A DNA stretch of 26,902 bases. Origin: an uncultured Pseudomonadales bacterium (GTDB taxonomy: Bacteria > Patescibacteriota > Microgenomatia > UBA1400 > PJMF01). Shown here in pieces: positions 23,542 through 26,902 of this stretch. Location: contig CAZWOQ010000001.1 of NCBI GenBank assembly GCA_964635585.1, positions 1 through 26,902 on the forward strand, read 5' to 3'. Each line of letters begins with the position of its first letter. The first letter of the stretch is position 1. The notes under the pieces were generated by a model. It was not told the DNA's origin, ran no database searches, and was given only the letters and a program-made list of their open reading frames with translations. Both the position numbers and the translations under genes were made by a program.

Positions 23542-25677
23542 ATGTCAGACATTTCTTCGCACCGTCAAGTGCCTTTAGACCATATTCGCAATATTGGTAT
23601 TATTGCGCATATTGATGCAGGTAAAACCACGACTTCCGAGCGGATTCTTTTCTACACGGGAAGAAACTACAAAATTGGTGAAGTTCATGAAGGTGCGGCA
23701 ACGATGGACTGGATGGCTCAGGAACGTGAGCGTGGTATCACGATTGTGTCTGCGGCCACGACTTGTTTCTGGACGCCCTATTTTGAAACCGCTCTTCCCA
23801 AAGATCGATATCGTTTTAACATCATTGATACACCAGGACACGTTGATTTCACTGCAGAAGTTGAGCGTTCTTTACGCGTACTTGATGGTGGTGTAACGGT
23901 TTTGGATGCTTCCGAGGGTGTGCAATCTCAGTCAGAAACCGTTTGGCGTCAAGCTGATAAATATCATGTTCCTCGTATTTGTTTTGTAAACAAAATGGAT
24001 AAATTGGGTGCTGATTTCATGGCAACCGTGGAAGACATCCGCAGTAAATTTGGTGTGGTGCCTGCTCCAATGGTTTTACCCATGGGTTCCGAAAATTCTT
24101 TCCAAGGGGTCATTGATCTGATTACCCGCGAAGCCTATTTCTGGGAAAATCATGAGGCAGCGACCGAACCAGAAGTTTTACCTATTCCTGAAGAATTCAA
24201 AGAGCAGGTCGAAATTGAACGGGCCAAACTCGTAGAAGCAATTGCGGAAACGGATGATGCTTTGATGGAAAAATTCTTCAATGAAGAGGAGATTCCCGTC
24301 AATGATTTGAAAGCGGCGCTCCGTCGGGCAGTCATCGATTACAAATTGGTGCCAGTCTACGCAGGTTCTTCTTTGAAAAATACGGGTATTCAGCCCCTTT
24401 TGGATGCAATCGTTGAATACTTGCCATCTCCTATGGATATTGATCATATTAAGGGAACAAAACCCCGAAGTGAGGAAGAGATCACTCGTCAGCTCACTCC
24501 AGAAGAGAAATTTTCAGCTTTGGCATTCAAAATTCAAACCGATCCTCATGTTGGAAAATTAACCTATGTACGGGTATATTCTGGTGTTTTGAAGTCTGGA
24601 AGTTACGTGTACAACTCAACGAAAGACAAAACGGAACGGGTTGGTCGCTTACTCTTAATGCATGCAAACGATCGTGAAGAAATCACTGAGGCTCGAGCTG
24701 GTGAGATTGTTGCGGTAGTCGGTTTGAAAGAAACCAAAACCGGAGACACTCTTGCTGATCAGGCTGATCCAATTGTTTTGGAAGGTATCACTTTTGCTGA
24801 ACCAGTTATTTCTTTGGCAATTGAACCAAAAACGAAGTCAGATCAAGAAAAGATGGGCTTGGCTTTGGCGAAACTTTCTGAAGAAGATCCTACTTTTACG
24901 ATCAAAGTCAACCAAGAAACTGGCCAAACCATTATTGGTGGTATGGGTGAACTCCATTTGGAAATCATTGTTGACCGTATGAAACGAGAGTTTAAGGTTG
25001 ATGCAGAAATTGGGAAACCACAAGTTGCCTATCGCGAAACCATTACCAAATTGGCTGAGGGTGAAGGAAAATACATCAAACAGTCAGGTGGTCGCGGTCA
25101 GTATGGTCATGTGCTTCTGCGTATTGAGCCAAAAGATCGTGGAACTGGTTACGAATTTGTTAACGCAATTACCGGCGGTGTGGTGCCTCGGGAATACGTC
25201 GAACCAACCAATAAAGGTATTCAAGAATCTCTGGAACGAGGTTTCTTGGCAGCTTACCCAATGACTGATTTGAAGGTGACCCTCTACGATGGTTCGTATC
25301 ACGAAGTTGACTCAAGTGAAATGGCCTTTAAGATGGCTGGTTCTTTGGGTATGCGTGATGCTGTCAGCAAAGCAGGAATGGTTTTGTTGGAACCAGTGAT
25401 GAAGGTGGAAGTAAGTACTCCAGAAGAATTTATGGGTGACGTGATTGGTGATTTAGGAAGCCGACGCGCGCAAATCCAAGGAACAACTTCTCGAGGAAAT
25501 GCGACGATCATTACGGCGCTTGCACCTTTAGCAGAAATGCAAGGTTACGTCACAACCCTTCGCGGTATGACGCAAGGTCGAGCCAGTAGTGTGATGATCC
25601 CCAATCACTACGAAGAAGTGCCAAAAACCATTACTGATAAAATTGTGGAAGAGAGAAAAGGCATCCACAATCGTTAA
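23542..25677 (+). CDS. fusA: Elongation factor G
   Basis: [16 protein letters not shown]; QERERGITI; DTPGHVDF; NKMD; GMGELHLEI; [12 protein letters not shown]; [14 protein letters not shown]; LLEPVM. Confidence 0.99.
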   Translation: MSDISSHRQVPLDHIRNIGIIAHIDAGKTTTSERILFYTGRNYKIGEVHEGAATMDWMAQERERGITIVSAATTCFWTPYFETALPKDRYRFNIIDTPGHVDFTAEVERSLRVLDGGVTVLDASEGVQSQSETVWRQADKYHVPRICFVNKMDKLGADFMATVEDIRSKFGVVPAPMVLPMGSENSFQGVIDLITREAYFWENHEAATEPEVLPIPEEFKEQVEIERAKLVEAIAETDDALMEKFFNEEEIPVNDLKAALRRAVIDYKLVPVYAGSSLKNTGIQPLLDAIVEYLPSPMDIDHIKGTKPRSEEEITRQLTPEEKFSALAFKIQTDPHVGKLTYVRVYSGVLKSGSYVYNSTKDKTERVGRLLLMHANDREEITEARAGEIVAVVGLKETKTGDTLADQADPIVLEGITFAEPVISLAIEPKTKSDQEKMGLALAKLSEEDPTFTIKVNQETGQTIIGGMGELHLEIIVDRMKREFKVDAEIGKPQVAYRETITKLAEGEGKYIKQSGGRGQYGHVLLRIEPKDRGTGYEFVNAITGGVVPREYVEPTNKGIQESLERGFLAAYPMTDLKVTLYDGSYHEVDSSEMAFKMAGSLGMRDAVSKAGMVLLEPVMKVEVSTPEEFMGDVIGDLGSRRAQIQGTTSRGNATIITALAPLAEMQGYVTTLRGMTQGRASSVMIPNHYEEVPKTITDKIVEERKGIHNR

Positions 25678-25700
25678 AAATCTTTGCTTGGAAAAAAGAT

Positions 25701-25729
25701 TTGTTTATCAGAGGTTTTTAGGATAAAAT
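25701..25729 (+). promoter_or_regulatory. Internal sigma70 promoter for tuf
   Basis: TTGTTT (25701-25706), 17 nt, TAAAAT (25724-25729). SD AAGGAG at 25778-25783. Confidence 0.55.
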
Positions 25730-25790
25730 AGAGGACGCCAAAAAGTAGAAGTTAGTAAAAAGCAATAAAAAAAGAAAAAGGAGACGTTTT

Positions 25791-26902
<1,112 letters not shown>

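Overview
A housekeeping chromosomal window of about 27 kb. It is most likely from a Patescibacteria/CPR bacterium (Microgenomates-like), inferred from the short AlaRS, the actin-like/baseplate-J fusion, the sortase and the divergent RNAP; the genes read in standard code 11. Gene order: rnj (5'-partial), ftsK, a pentapeptide-repeat gene (-), tmRNA/ssrA (-), comF (-), tRNA-Val(CAC), a small orphan membrane protein, an SGNH hydrolase, yqeY, a RodZ-like gene, a DUF948/YtxH-like pair, a short alaS, a 741-aa actin-like/TM/baseplate-J-like fusion, a sortase, ruvX, mltG, a structured leader of about 300 nt, rpoB, rpoC, rpsL, rpsG, fusA and tuf (3'-partial, missing from the ORF track). I saw no mobile element, CRISPR array, intron or intein. 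The most interesting signals are: (1) the membrane-spanning actin-like/baseplate-J protein paired with a sortase inside the alaS-ruvX-mltG locus; (2) an extensively paired leader with an embedded terminator upstream of rpoB; (3) substitutions at normally invariant RNAP trigger-loop, bridge-helix and rifamycin-pocket residues; (4) a tmRNA with a 29-aa tag and a non-canonical T-loop, together with an AlaRS altered at both G3:U70-reading residues; and (5) repeated -10 boxes 6 nt before ATG, implying widespread leaderless mRNAs. All family assignments and reference residue numbers come from motif recognition by eye, not from database searches.
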